A DNA stretch of 64,000 nucleotides from Heptranchias perlo (Eukaryota), in assembly GCF_035084215.1 (NCBI RefSeq), contig NC_090349.1, positions 10,974,001-11,038,000 of the forward strand, given 5' to 3'. A model generated the notes under the pieces. The model was not told where the DNA came from, searched no databases, and was given only the letters and a program-made list of their open reading frames with translations. Below are positions 10,130 through 24,224 of the stretch, piece by piece. Both the position numbers and the translations under genes were made by a program. Position 1 is the stretch's first letter, and every line of letters starts with the position of its first letter.

Positions 10130-12690
10130 GCACAACTTTGAAATTTGCTGGGGACACTAAAAATAGGTTTGGCAACCAGCAAGGGGGACATGGATTAGTG
10201 GAATGGATGCAATTTAATGTGAAGAACTGAGGTAATACATTTTGGGAGGTAAAACAATAAATGCAAGTATACGCTCAATGGAAATTTGTTGAAGGGTATG
10301 GATGAACAGAGGGATCTGGGGTTTAAATATGTTATTCCCTGAAAACGTGACTGCATCTAGATAAAGCAATTAAAAAATCTAATAGCATTTAGGATTTTTA
10401 AATAGGGACACGAGTCTAAGAGTAAAATCACTCAGGAGATGGTACTCAGTAAAATAATGGGACTCAAGGCGGATAAATCCCCTGGACCTGATGGCTTCCA
10501 TCCTAGGGTCTTGAGGGAAGTGGCAGTAGGGATTGTGGATGCTTTGGTGATAGTTTTCCAAAATTCCCTGGACTCAGGAGAGCTCCCGGCAGATTGGAAA
10601 ACTGCTAATGTAACACCGTTATTTAAAAAGGGTAGTAGGCAGAAGGCTGGAAATTATAGGCCAGTTAGCTTAACATCTGTGGTGGGTAAAATTTTGGAGT
10701 CTATTATTAAGGAGACAGTAACGGAACATTTAGATAAGCATAATTTAATAGGACAAAGTCAGCATGGCTTTATGAAGGGGAAGTCATGTCTGACAAATTT
10801 GCTTGAGTTCTTCGAGGATATAACGTATAAGGTGGATAAAGGGGAACCAGTGGACATAGTGTATTTAGACTTCCAGAAGGCATTCGACAAGGTGCCACAT
10901 AAAAGATTATTACTTAAGATAAAAAATCACGGGATTGGGGGTAATATTGTGGCATGGGTGGAGGATTGGTTATCGAACAGGAAGCAGAGAGTTGGGATAA
11001 ATGGTTCATTTTCGGACTGGCAACCAGTAACCAGTGGTGTTCCACAGGGGTCGGTGCTGGGTCCCCAACTCTTTACAATCTATATTAACGATTTGGAGGA
11101 GGGGACCGAGTGCAACATATCAAAATTTGCAGATGATACAAAGATGGGAGGGAAAGTAGAGAGTGAGGAGGACATAAAAAACCTGCAAGGGGATATAGAC
11201 AGGCTGGGTGAGTGGGCGGAGATTTGGCAGATGCAATATAATATTGGAAAATGTGAGGTTATGCACTTTGGCAGGAAAAATCAGAGAGCAAGTTATTTTC
11301 TTAATGGCGAGAGACTGGAAAGTACTGCAGTACAAAGGGATCTGGGGGTCCTAGTGCAAGAAAATCAAAAAGTTGGTATGCAGGTGCAGCAGGTGATCAA
11401 GAAAGCCAACGGAATGTTGGCTTTTATTGCTAGGGGGATAGAATATAAAAACAAGGAGGTATTGCTGCAGTTATATAAGGTATTGGTGAGACCGCACCTG
11501 GAATACTGCATACAGTTTTGGTGTCCATACTTAAGAAAAGACATACTTGCTCTCGAGGCAGTACAAAGAAGGTTCACTCGGTTAATCCCGGGGATGAGGG
11601 GGCGGACATATGAGGAGAGGTTGAGTAGATTGGGACTCTACTCATTGGAGTTCAGAAGAATGAGAGGCGATCTTATTGAAACATATAAGATTGTGAAGGG
11701 TCTTGATCGGGTGGATGCAGTAAGGATGTTCCCAAAGATGGGTGAAACTAGAACTAGGGGGCATAATCTTAGAATAAGGGGCTGCTCTTTCAAAACTGAG
11801 ATGAGGAGAAACTTCTTCACTCAGAGGGTGGTCGGTCTGTGGAATTTGCTGCCCCAGGAAGCTGTGGAAGCAACATCATTAGATAAATTTAAAACAGAAA
11901 TAGACAGTTTCCTAGAAGTAAAGGGAATTAGGGGTTATGGGGAGCGGGCAGGAAATTGGACATGAAGCTGAGTTCGGATCGGTCAATGCCCTGTGGGTGG
12001 CGGAGAGGGCCCAGGGGCTATGTGGCCGGGTCCTGCTCCGACTTCTTGTGTTCTTTAGATTTGTGGTTGGGATCAGATCAGCCATGATCTTATTGAATGG
12101 CGGAGCAGGCTCGAGGGGCCGATTGGCCTACTCCTGCTCCAATTTCTTATGTTCTTATGTTCTTATGATAAATTTGTACAAGGCAATAGCTATATTACAG
12201 TCGGACTACTGTGTGCAGTTTTGGGTGCCCCATTATTGAAAGGACTTTAAAGCCTTAAAGCGCATTGAGTGTATGGTATACTATTAGCTATGAGAGAATT
12301 GAGATCCTGTGTCTATTTCCATGCAAAGAAGACTAAGAGGAGATTTAATAGGGGGTTTTAAAATTATGAAGAGTTTAGAAAGACTATTTCTTTTGGTTGC
12401 GGAGGCAGTGACAAGGGGGTCATCAATTTAAAATAGTCATTAAGACGGTGAGAGGTTGGAATTTTTTTTATGCAGAGTGTTGTTGGAGCATGGAATGCAT
12501 TGCCACAGGGAGTGGTTGAGGCAGAGATCATTACATCTTTTCAGGGATGAATAGATAAATATTTGAGGCTAAGGTACAGGGCTATGGGGAGAGGAGGATG
12601 ATGGTATTAGTTTTGGATTGCACTAGCAAAGAGCTGGCACAGGCACAATTGGCTGAATAGTATCCTTCTGTGCTGCAATCCTCTATGGTG
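10130..12690 (+). mobile_element. Old degenerate CR1 split by a younger CR1 insertion
   Basis: Decayed CR1 RT sequence at 10130-10428 resumes in register at 12166 (...INLYKAIAILQSDYCVQFWVPHY) and continues to a CR1 3' UTR at ~12690. Confidence 0.75.
10428..12168 (+). mobile_element. Young 5'-truncated CR1 LINE with an intact RT frame
   Basis: Uninterrupted 508-aa ORF 10439..11965 (KSPGPDG, NYRPVSLTS, YLDFQKAFDKVPH, GVPQGSVLGP, FADD), ending in (TTCTTATG)3. Confidence 0.96.
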
Positions 12691-15177
12691 CTACGTCCTG
12701 GAGTGCTGCCCACAACCTTTTGACTCAGAGACATGTGCTACCAATAGGCCAATGGCTGCAGTGTGATTGACAGATAAATGTTATACATAGCAATCTAGAA
12801 AGGAAGGTTTCCTGAAGTACTTAGCCATAGATTGATGCCTAAGCAGAAAGCTATGAGGTAGCAACTTTGATCAACATTGATGGCTTTGCAGTTAAAACAT
12901 ATTAACATATTAAGGCTATCTAGACTCATTCTGCATCTATTGACCCCAAGTTGCAACCAGACATTAACCTATAAAACATTCTGTATCATCATAGCTTGTT
13001 TCTAAATTTATTGGGTGATTTTGTATATTCAGCTAGACTAGCAGTTTCACCAAGATAAATTTAACATAGCCAGCCCCTTCTGATAGAGATATTAAGATTT
13101 TCTTATAATTTCAAAATCAGATGAAATTCCCTATTCATCACAGTAACCTCCTCTGCCACATCAATACAAGGATTTGCTGCAGTTTCTTTTATCAACCTAG
13201 GTCTCATGTAAAACTCCAGCAGGTACAAACAAATTCACTGACCCAAGTTCAGTAATTGCTGCTAATCGATGCAGTGGGAGTATGAGAGAAATGTAATGCC
13301 ATCAGTTTGTTTAACAAATGTACCCATCATTAGTTTTTAATAAGCTCAGAAAATTCCATTAGTCTCTTTTAATTTGTATCAAATTATTTCCGATCTGTGA
13401 GGTATAGACTGGTGAATCGCAAGGTTCTCCTAAAGGATTTTTTCCTAAGCCTCAGATGAGATTCCCATTTGTAAGTCGTGCATCTTTTTAAGATTGGCAT
13501 TTCAACATTCAAAGATTTATGTATAATTCAATCCCTGGTCAGTGCCCAGTTAAATGATCTCAGTTGGGGATCTACAATTAGCTACAGCATCTCAGGTGAG
13601 AGAGAGAGAGAGAAGAAATATCAGGCAGGTGTTTTGGTCCTGATCCCTATCAAGTGATTCAACAACTTGCATTTATATAGCACCTTTAACATAGAAAAAT
13701 GTCCGAAGACACTTCAGAGATGTAATCAAAGAATGGATTCATTTTAAAAGTATTCCCTGCTAGTAAGAGAATGTGTGTGTGTTTTATTTTAGACAGAATC
13801 AAGCTTGGCTGTGATGTTTCCACAGTGAAGTAGGCTGTCTTGGGGGAGCGGAACGACTTTCCTCTTCAATGCCGGAGCATAAGATCTTGGTGCCCTCATC
13901 ACAAAATTGGGCAGAAGCTGCTCACAATTTTCCGTCTGTTATAACGTGAGCAGCTTGTGCCCAATTTTGGCTTCTGTGCTGCCGAGCTCTTTCACCCTGG
14001 CACAGTCGAGGCTCACACACAAAGAATGGACACTAAGACGAGATACTGGGAGGTGGCTAGTTCTCACAGAACAAGACCATAATCACAAGACATGCACTTT
14101 CAGGATAGGAAAAACATTGCGGGAAAGAGAGCTCTAATTCAAAAAATACACATAATTACTTATTTAAAAGGATTTTCATAAGGAACTGCTAACCAGGCCC
14201 CCAAAATGCTGACTGTGAGTGTGTTTTTCTGTTCCTGTTGGCCCAGAATATGAAGGTGTACAGCAACACATCTGGTACTGCAAGTTTATTTGGAGCATGT
14301 AGCCCCATTGGGAAGTACATATACACAAAATACATAGCATCAACAGTGCTTCAACCACGCATCAACAGGTAACTGGTCACAGTAAGTAGTTTGATATCTT
14401 CTAATCAGTTTAGGACGCAGTGAAAATTAAACCTTTGTGGTTGGGTGAGTGGGTGGGGGATGGCTAGAAATGATCAACATACACAGTTCAAGTCCAATTC
14501 ACAGAGTATGTGTTGCCCACGGTGAGGAACAATCCTGTGAATTTGCATGGTAACGAAGTGGCATTTTGCAAGTTATAGGAGATTAGGGCCCAGCTTTAGC
14601 TCTTCAGCATCCCAGCACAAGAGCTTTATCCGTGTGGAGCACCTGATCTGAAATTCGGGCACTTGCTGCTCAAAGTTTTCTGTGGGTAAAAGTGGACAAT
14701 ACTTCCCCGAATTTTAATACGCAGTCCAGGCGAGTGAAGCGCTAATGTCCGGGACGCTAGTGGAAAACCTGTTGCCTGCCTATCTGAACATAGTTCAACC
14801 CTGGCTTTATCACACAAATTATCCAATGAAGTTTATTTGTGGAGGTACTGACCCCACCTCGATGTTACATCAGCACATTTTTAATGATTTATTTTTACAG
14901 CAGTGTGCAAATATGAAAGAAAAAAAAAATCTAGATTTGCTAGACCACACGTTATATGAAAGGCAACAACAATCCAGTACAATCACTGAACCAGGCCAGA
15001 CTTTCCTGTAAGCTTGCATCGCTACGAACAATCTGAAGTGATCTGAGAGTCCGGTGGCAGTAGATTACACGTGCTGGAAGGCAGCTCAGAGAGAAAAAAA
15101 GGTCATGACCCCCGTTTTATAACCCCTCCGCCCAGCAACGCAGTCATCTTTAAGTCGGATGTTAGACATCCTTCCAT

Positions 15178-15353
15178 TTACTGGCTGGATGTTGCTTGTG
15201 TGCTGCTGCCACTTCCAGTCGTTTTCCCGGTACTGCTGCCTTTGGGGACTCTGGTGGCGCTAGGCTGCCGCGGCACACGCTGGCTGGATCCTTCGCGGAT
15301 GGCGCTTCGCTCCGCCTGTACGCCACTGATGGCAGTGTTGGATTTATTTCTCA
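15178..15353 (-). CDS. MZT2: MZT2 last coding exon
   Basis: Pyrimidine-rich acceptor ...cttcctttcgcag|TG, phase 1. Encodes (V)RNKSNTAISGVQAERSAIREGSSQRVPRQPSATRVPKG...SSQ* with TAA at 15180-15178, matching the MZT2 motif REGSSQRMPRQPSATRLPKG. Candidate AATAAA signals at ~14893 and ~14837. Confidence 0.95.
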
Positions 15354-15659
15354 CTGCGAAGGAAAGAAGGGGGGTAAAAAGAAAGCAGTCAGTTTTGTAA
15401 TCCGTACATTTTGGAATCTAAAAGCATCTCACATTCTAGCAGAGGTAATAGCTAGTGTTCCTCTAAGGTGAAAATATGGGTCAGAATACATCCTGTTGTA
15501 ATGTGAGCTGTAGTGATGGGTGCTTTATCAACATGGGGTCTATTTGATCCTCTTCATTCCAGAGAACAACAACCCAACAGTGGTTCTGATTAAAACTAAC
15601 AGACATGATGTCAAAAGGAGGAGAAACAGGCAATATAAAATGTGGCAGCACTGGCAGAG

Positions 15660-15915
15660 TTTAATCCCTGCTTCCCAGTATCAGCCACGATAGCAGTTTG
15701 GGTACCACAATTGGCCTCGGTGTTCCCAATCTATGGAGGGAAGGAAAGAAATAAATAAAAAGTAGCCAGGGTTCCTGCTCCTGATCACTGTTCACTTACC
15801 CTTGCGGGTCGTACAGAAATAGACATTGTGAGAACAGGGACTTTGCTGTGATGGCCATATAGTTGGATAGCCTGCCGACACATACTGGAGGGTAATCGCT
15901 GGCTGCAGTATCAGA
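15660..15915 (+). mobile_element. Old dispersed SINE-like repeat (other copies near 13540-14060, 27330-27625, 34760-35065, 57320-57600)
   Basis: Shared core acaattggcctc...gccagggttcctgctcctgatc...atccagtga in at least five decayed copies. Confidence 0.6.
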
Positions 15916-18339
15916 GCAGCATGACTTATGGTTGGCAGGAGAGCAGCATTGTGGGGGAGGGGGGAGAAAGAAGAAAAGAGTGCCAACATATATTTTTCCT
16001 TCTTTGGAAAAGATTTTTAGTTTTTTTGGGTGGAAGCCATTGAGGAAGGGAACAATTACATTCTCATGCAGAGGTGAGGTGATCCGTCAAAGGGAAGAAA
16101 AGCATAGACAGACTCACTCTCCCTAGTAATGTCCCTGTTAGTGAATCATCAAGCAGTAAAGATAGCAGTGGACACGTCCACAACCAAGACTGACCTCGCC
16201 TTAATTGCTTAACTGAAAGGGGTTGCTTGATTGAAATGGGGAGGGGGGGGGGATGGGGGAAGGAAGAGAGAAAAGATGGTCAATGACAAATTAATTAAAA
16301 CTTTAAAGTAATTTTGCTCAATTAATGTGGTATCCCTTTCCTTTTAATCTCACCACGCAAAGGCTTTTGTTGTAGAGTTGTGCAGATAACCCGCTCCCAG
16401 ATCTCTGCCAGTACTACTTTGGAAAAGAGCTGCAGGGTACGATTCCCTGCGGACCCTCCCCTTCCCACCGAGGCAGAACCAGGCCTATGCTCATTGCGAC
16501 AGCTGCACTGTCAAGATTGGGAACTCAACACGTGGAGAATGGCCGCTTTGTGGAGGGCCTAGGTTCTCAACTGCTGCGTGAGATAAACCAGTCCGGGGCG
16601 GGGTGGGGCAGAAGTACATCATCTTTCCCAGGACTGCTAATGAATTTATGGAGAGCACAAAGCCATAAATCCTTAGCCAGATCATTCCTTCATTCATTAC
16701 TTTTTGATATAAACTGAAATTGTTCCCACAGAAAACTGAATTTTTTTCTTAAAATCCATCAATAGTATGTAAAAAAAAAATTAATTTGAGGTGGTAAAAA
16801 AACCACATGGTACAGACTATAACCTTTTGCTTGGAAGTTGCATCACTAAAATACTCCTCAAATTGGAAAGCACATAATTCAATGAAAAAACATGGTTCCC
16901 TGTACAAGTTCTGGTGCTGCTTCCAACAATCAACTCCCTTACTTGAGGTGAGCGAGAGAGAGAGAAAATTCAGAGACAGAAACAAGTCTGCTCAAATTTC
17001 TGCATAAAACAGAGCAGTTTCTCGTCTTTGGAAAGACTCTAATGACTAGCTTGGAAACCATCTGCACGATCGGAATCACCAACATTTTTCACTCCACTTT
17101 GAAATTTTACTGCTGAAAAGACTTGGCACTTTTGACATCACCGTGCTGTGCAAATTTAATTAATCTCTGAATGTGGGCCATGATCTTTGAACACTTGCTC
17201 TTTGTGGGTATTAACCACATTCCCACCCCTCCACAAAAGCTATGATAGACATTTTTCCTCTCTGTCTCAGAGGAACACCAGCAATTATTCAAAGCGTTTC
17301 AGAGCACTGGAAATAGATTGATTACAAAAGCAGCTTTTAGCAGAGCAAATAAAAAAGGAAATGTGAAAGCCAACTACTGGCAGCCTAATCGTGCTCCCCT
17401 GCCATTGCCCACAGTATGGAAACTACAGCACAAAGCAAGCCAGGTCTACCACATCGCCAACAGCAGGGTAACTTGCAGCCAAGATGGGAAGTCCGATTGC
17501 AGGAATTCATAAATCAGCAGGTAACAAGCGCATCTATTCCAACAACAGGCACCAGCAGGATCATACTAGAACCGGATTCCACGGGGTCTGCCCGAGTGTC
17601 ACATATGGTATCTGGCTTCACCGGTTTTTAAGAACAGACATGGTCAATCACTTGGGCTGTTGTCCACACAGGTCTGTGATCAGCCAGCAATGATCAGCTT
17701 CAGGAACTGGCCACTGACTCAGTTGTTTTTGAGGTTGAGAAGCAGCAATTCAAAAACAAAGATGAAACTCACGACGTACAAGATCCCGTAATCTAAATGG
17801 CAATAATTAACTCGACAGTATATGTTTAGCGTGGGGAATTTTCCACCCAAGTCTCCACTTTAGGTCGCATCTGCAAAGATCCGTACGCATCTCAGGTCAA
17901 GTTTATTATCTACGTACAACTACAACTAACCGGTTCCGCACCAGTGTGGGCTAACACACAGGCCTTTTACACCAAGGGGGCTGGAATTTTATTACAAGAA
18001 AGAGGAAATAAAACACAATCAGCTTGTGTTTCGTTAAATGTGCTTTTCCCACAGTTGTACTTTCATGTGAAGTGCATCAAAATCTTTTAACGTGTCATGT
18101 ACAAGGGATGTTACAAGGTCCTCTGTCTGCCTTTCTGTGCATCCCTCTCCTCCCTCCAAATACACACACAGAACCAGGCCATTCACTCCAACCAGTCCAT
18201 GTCAGCGTTTACCCTCCACGTGAGCAAATAGTTCTAATCCACAGCTCTCATCCTCATCCGCACTAAACCCCACATTCACATCACGCCCGTCCCGTCCAAG
18301 CTCCATTGGCTCACTCTATGTGATAACCACCAGGCTACT

Positions 18340-18660
18340 GTACCTATGCTACCGAACTAGCAGCCCATTGATCTTAAATTCAAATCTCATTGTGGTAAAT
18401 TATGAAACTGAATTCAACAAATCTGCTAAATTGTGAGCTAGCACCTGAAAATGACCAAGAAAGCTGCCAGTATGTCATAAAAATCAAACTAGTTCACTAA
18501 TGTATGTTAAGAAAGGAAATCCACTAACTATCTAGCCTACATGTGACTCCAGTCTTGTAATATGTGGTTCATTCTTAATGCCCTGTGAAGTGGCTTAGCA
18601 AGCCACTCAGTTGTAAAACAAGTATTATTGGCAACTAGGAATGGGCGACAAATACAGTTT
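18340..18660 (+). mobile_element. HE1-like SINE, degenerate
   Basis: Similar to 62008-62285 (ttcaaatc, aatgacca.gaaa, ctagttcactaatgt, gactccagtc) with tail ggcaactaggaatgggc. Confidence 0.55.
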
Positions 18661-21600
18661 TCCCAAAATCCTGGGAAAAATACTATCGAAAAAATGTAAT
18701 TTCAGAACTCGTGCCATCATTTTCAAATCTTTCCGTGGTCTCATCTTAGTCATCTCTGTTCCACCACTGATGGCAGAGCAGTCAGCTGTCTCAGCCCAAC
18801 TCTCTGGAGGTCCCCTCTCCCTGTGTATAAAAGTCTCTTTAAAACCAATCTCTTCAATCAAGCCTTTGGTCATCATTCAGCTCCTCAAAAAACTTTGGGT
18901 CTGTTTGTTTCTTCCTCTGAAGTGCCTTGGAATGTTTTTCTGTGTTAAAGGCATTATATTAATGCAAGTTCTTCTTGTCCATTATAAGTGTTTTAAAAGC
19001 TGGGATATCAAGACTTCAGCCCCAGCCCTGGCTATCTAATATCTGAAGCCCAGGCAACTTGGGCTTATACTTCTTATTTGCTGGTTTGACCAGTTTTAAT
19101 TTTGTGGGCCTGAAGGTTTGATGAAACAGCTGTAGTTGGTGCTGCTGCTTCTTGAATTAGATCAAAATCTAATATATTACACACAAACACACATATATAT
19201 CAAACATGGATTTAAACTTTATCTGTGGTCCTCCAAACTACCATTGTGTGCACCTCTGCAATATTGGAAAGCTTGTTCACCCCTATTAATGGGTTTTCTA
19301 TTGCTGGCTAACTCAAAAAGTTAATTCCAATCCAGAATCAGGCGTTTAAATGTCAATCACAACCATCATTTACACTCACCTACCATCAATGTGGTGCATT
19401 TTGCATTCCATCTTTATGGTGTGGTATGGAGTGGCGGAGGTGGGGGGGGGGGGGGGGGGCGGGGGAAAAGAGAAGGGAAGAAACCAGCAGGATCAGTCTC
19501 TTCCCCACAGTGTTGGCCATTTGCAGTGCAGGACTGACCTGACAGCTGTGAAGCGCACACTTCCCATATGCCAGCCCTCTGGGTTGGCAATGGAGTACAT
19601 GCACTACTGAGATGCAGCAATCAAGATAGGGTGACATGCAAGGAGGAAGAGCCCTGCTGGTCAATTTGATTTATATTTTGCAGGAAAATTTGGTATTTGA
19701 CAATGGGTGGGAAGAAAGGAGGAAGGACAAATAAATCAACTAAACATACACCTCAAATGTTTGTGAAATAAAAATCAAAAAAGAAAAATAAATGGTGACC
19801 AGCAGATGGGAACTTGCAGATGCAGTGCCAAGTGTAATAGCACGGGGCTAATCTCTAAGGTACAGGGCCAAATCTAACATTTTGTCAACAGCAGCACGTT
19901 GTGTATCTTCAGTTTACACTCAAACCAAAGGAACGGAATCCATTCTGATGCTAAAAGGGCAGTGGATTTCCAGGTGTGGGAACGCCTAACTACTTTATGG
20001 TAGTGGTTAACTGGAGACAGAATAGCCGAGCAATTAACCAAACAACATCATATGAGAACCCCAGAAGAGAAACTTTCTACATCCAAACACATTACATTTG
20101 AGTATCATGCAATTCTCTCAAGGTCTCAAACAACGTAAAAGGATGGAACAAGAAAGGGATATTCAGCCCTTCGAGCCTGTTCCTTCGGCAGAATGTCTAC
20201 AATCTAACACATCATGGACTCTGCTGACCAAATTACCCGAGGGAAAAGTTCTATATGCAACTATCCCCAAAGCAAATCAAGTACAGACAATTTTTTCTCT
20301 GGATAACCACATTATGAGAGAAAAGATTTATCCAACCATTTGATGCCAGAGTGGTCTATTATTGCAATTTATCATCTCATTTTGAATTAATGGGTTCTGG
20401 ATCATATCACAAAGAATTCAATAACATATTAGAGTTTAAAATTCTAGGTCTTAACGAATTGGATTGCTTCTAATGTATTAGGCTCTGATTAATTAGCAGC
20501 GTATTTCAGACTTGAGTCTCAAGCTGTTCATTGGGCATCTGGGTTAAGCCTGGGTCTTGAAACAAAGGCAAATGTGAAATCGGAGTTCTTCTCATCCTTT
20601 TAGTTCAATCTCAAGACGACCAAAAAGCAGATAGGTGCAGCAATAATATAGCATCCTTCATTTTCACAGGTTTAAATCCTGCAACACAAAGTCAGATACC
20701 TGCAGTTACTCTACAGTTTCAGGTTCTCAGGGAATAGATCTTCCTCTCACCCGAGGATTCCTAGAAAAGTCTGGTCTCTTACTATCAAAAAGGGCTAAAA
20801 TAATGACAAAAAAGACGAGTTCAGGTTAAGCCAAAATGATTAATGTGGGAATAATAATATGGGAACTAAAAACTATGTTGAAAGGCACGTTAACTACTGC
20901 TGGTTCCACGCTTACAATGCAGGATGTTTAGGAGTGACTGATGAGGCCATTACCAGCTGATGCCAGTTACAGAAATTACACATGCATAGTCTTCCCCCAA
21001 TTATTATTTTTTTAAAATTCTTTGGGAAACAAACCTGGAAATTCCCACCGAAATCTGACAATGTGTTCATTAGTAAAGTTTTAGAGGTTAATGACAATGC
21101 ACAAGAAATAAAGCAGACATCTGAACTGTAGGTTTTCTAAGTGGGGACCACAAGGTCAGATTTCTGTCCTTCTGGGACCATGCACAAGGACAGTATCAGG
21201 AGAATTCTGTAGTTGTTGATTTATAAGCATGTAGTGTCATTTCTGTTGCTGAAGACCAATAAAAATATTTTCTACTATAAGCCGACTATTTTTCTTTGGG
21301 CTGAAGTTAGGATAGGGGTCCATGGAAATGTGTCAATATTTGGAGGGGGTCCCGCACAAAGGAAATCACTGTTCTAAACCCAAGGGTGGACAACTACCTC
21401 CAATGACCAAGGAAAATATAGTACAGTAGCTTGGGTTTAAAAAAAATCAGAAGTCAATGGCTTCAAGCATTATCTAAGATAAGTGGTCATGGTTCCTTTG
21501 GACTCATCAGGAGATACCTGTACTATATCTGTAGCCAACAACATGGCCATCATTAGCTGCTGAATGGATAGCCCAAGATGGGCACAATCAACAGGCTTGT

Positions 21601-24224
21601 TCAGAGAACGGGGTTTATTTTCAATTTGGTGACCTGATGCGGAATCATATGCCTTTGATACACAATATTCCTGTATGTTAGCCACATAAGAGGCAGCCAA
21701 GCCGACATGCATCACTCCACATAAAAGCCCAGCACACCACTTAAAAACCTTTCAGTTAATTTAACTAATATATCTACATAGAGTTTAGAATAAATAACAG
21801 CAGTTTATTAGTTTATCACCGATACTTCAGACCTGCAGACATCTTAGGGTTGGAAAATTCCACTCTTTAAATCAACACACATTGGAAAGCCAGTATGTAC
21901 TTTTAACTTGCATAATTTGAGTCTAATAATGCTCAACATTGTGGCACCAACTATAAATTTCTACAGTGCTCATTTCTCGTGGGACTTTAAGACGGGTTTC
22001 ACTGTACTGCAACAAATGGTTACAACAGTAACAATCATGTTGGGTTGCAGTAGAAACGTTTACAGACTAAATGGAGATCCCTGGGAAAAGCCATTTTCAT
22101 AATCTGAGGAGCCCTGTACTTCAACAAATTTATCTGTATTGCATGTAGCAGAGGGACAATCTTATTGGTTGTAAAGCACTTTGGGACGTCCTGAGGTTGT
22201 GAAAGGCGCTATATAACTGCAAGTCTTTCTTTCTTATTGTACATAATAGAAAGAATAAGGGATACTTATCCTGTAGATACCAGCAGATCTTCCTTCTAAA
22301 CAATTTTCAGTTGCACCAACATTTGGAACATTAGGTGCTCCTTATACAGGTTTGGTGTTGGGGGAAGGTGGGAGGGGAGAGAATGTAACTAATACAGAAT
22401 ATTCATCAGGCAAACTGCAAGTTTTCAAGAAAGCAAGGATGGGTTATTTCTATTGTATGTACATTCCACAATTTAAAGATCACAAGACAGTGATGTAGTG
22501 CAAAGATCATTAGGCTAGGGCAATCTGAGGCAGGTAGAATCCTGGACTTCCACTTTAGAGTCTTAGGATGAACCTCAGTCTTGACAGAAATTCAAACTTT
22601 CAATGGATGAAGTTTCATCAGCTTCCCATTAGACTCCTACTTGGAGGAACTAAATCAGTGAGGTAGAAAAAGCAAGGGTTCCATCCTTCAACAGTTCACT
22701 GCTTATCAGCTGATTGCAACTATTGTCAGGACTGGTCTGCGGAGAAAACCTTCAGCCCAAACTCCCCCAACCCTCCTAACAGAAGCGGTGAGACAACAAA
22801 TCAATACTGTGATACAACTGGTTAAACCAAAGCTATAGCCATCATTGAGGCTAGTTGTCAGATTATAAGTTCACAGCTGGCAAGGATCAGAATCAAAAGA
22901 CAGCAGTAGTAGAGATAGGAGCTCCCAGCACCAAAGATCCAGTGAATGGCTGCTTTGAACGAGACACTTTAGCATTAAACCCACATGGAAAATCTGAAGC
23001 TTCATTACAGCCTTATTTGCAATATTGGAGAATAAACCAGACAATGGGCACATAGAGCTTTTACAGGCCCAGGGCCTCTTGCCATCCTGACCCCAAGCAA
23101 TGACACAATTGGGAAAATTAATATGGCAGCTCCTAATAATTCAGTTACCATCCTGATTTCTCCACTCCCCCGTGCCACCCAACGCCCCCCACCCAAATAA
23201 ATAATTCCTTTTCCACAAGCTCATCAGCATGTTAAGTACATCACATTATTCATACATGAGACAGACACGGAGTTGCTGGATACGACAAGGTCACTTAGAC
23301 AGCATTGCATTTAAGGCCATGAACGAGCATGTTAGCAGGTGATTAGATGAAGCAACCGAACATGGACAATCTCAGAGCTGGCTAGATGAATAAGCAAATG
23401 ATTCTGTCTCAAACTCCTTATAGGCCAACTTCAAGTACATTTTCTGCATACACATTTTATCTTAATGGCTTTAGGCAGAAAGTGATGCTTTTAACACACA
23501 CCACATTACTACAAGAATCCGTCCCATCTTTCAAATGGGATTAATTGGTAAAACTGAATTACTTTGTGAATGCATTATGACAAAAAAAAGGCTCATGTAC
23601 ATTAGGACTAGTGAGTCAGCTTTTATGAGATGGATATTTGTGCAGCACTCAGTGTTTCCATATATCTGGATATCAAGAAAATTCCAACCCTTAGATCAAC
23701 TACTTCCTAACCCACTTCCCTTTAAAGAGACAGTCAGATCGCACCAGGAACCAGAGCTCACATGTTATTGCTTAATCTTTCTTCTTTACTGATTATTGGA
23801 GCATACCTTTGGGAGCCCTTTGAAATTGGTCATAAGCAGGTAGTTTTGTTTAAAAAATCTTTGGTTTCAACATTATTCAACTACTCCCTTCCCTTAATCC
23901 AACTGCTTGTTCTTTACAGTCATTGGTGACCACTGCATACCCTCTTCTCAACAAAAAAAAAATCACAAAATAGTTACAGATGAGAAAGTACATCTGACCC
24001 ATCTAAATTAATTCATCAATCCAGAAAGATGGTAAAGCATCCCCAATTGCAGCATCCAATTGTTTGTTAAATGCTTCCAGGGTTTTGCCTCTATTATGCT
24101 ATCTGGAAGAGTATTCCACATAGATTACTCTATGTCCTAGATTTTTATCCTGTTTTAGTTTGAATCGGTGTCTCGTTGTCCCACTCTTGCAATAGTCCGT
24201 AACTATCTTATATACCTCTAGTAG

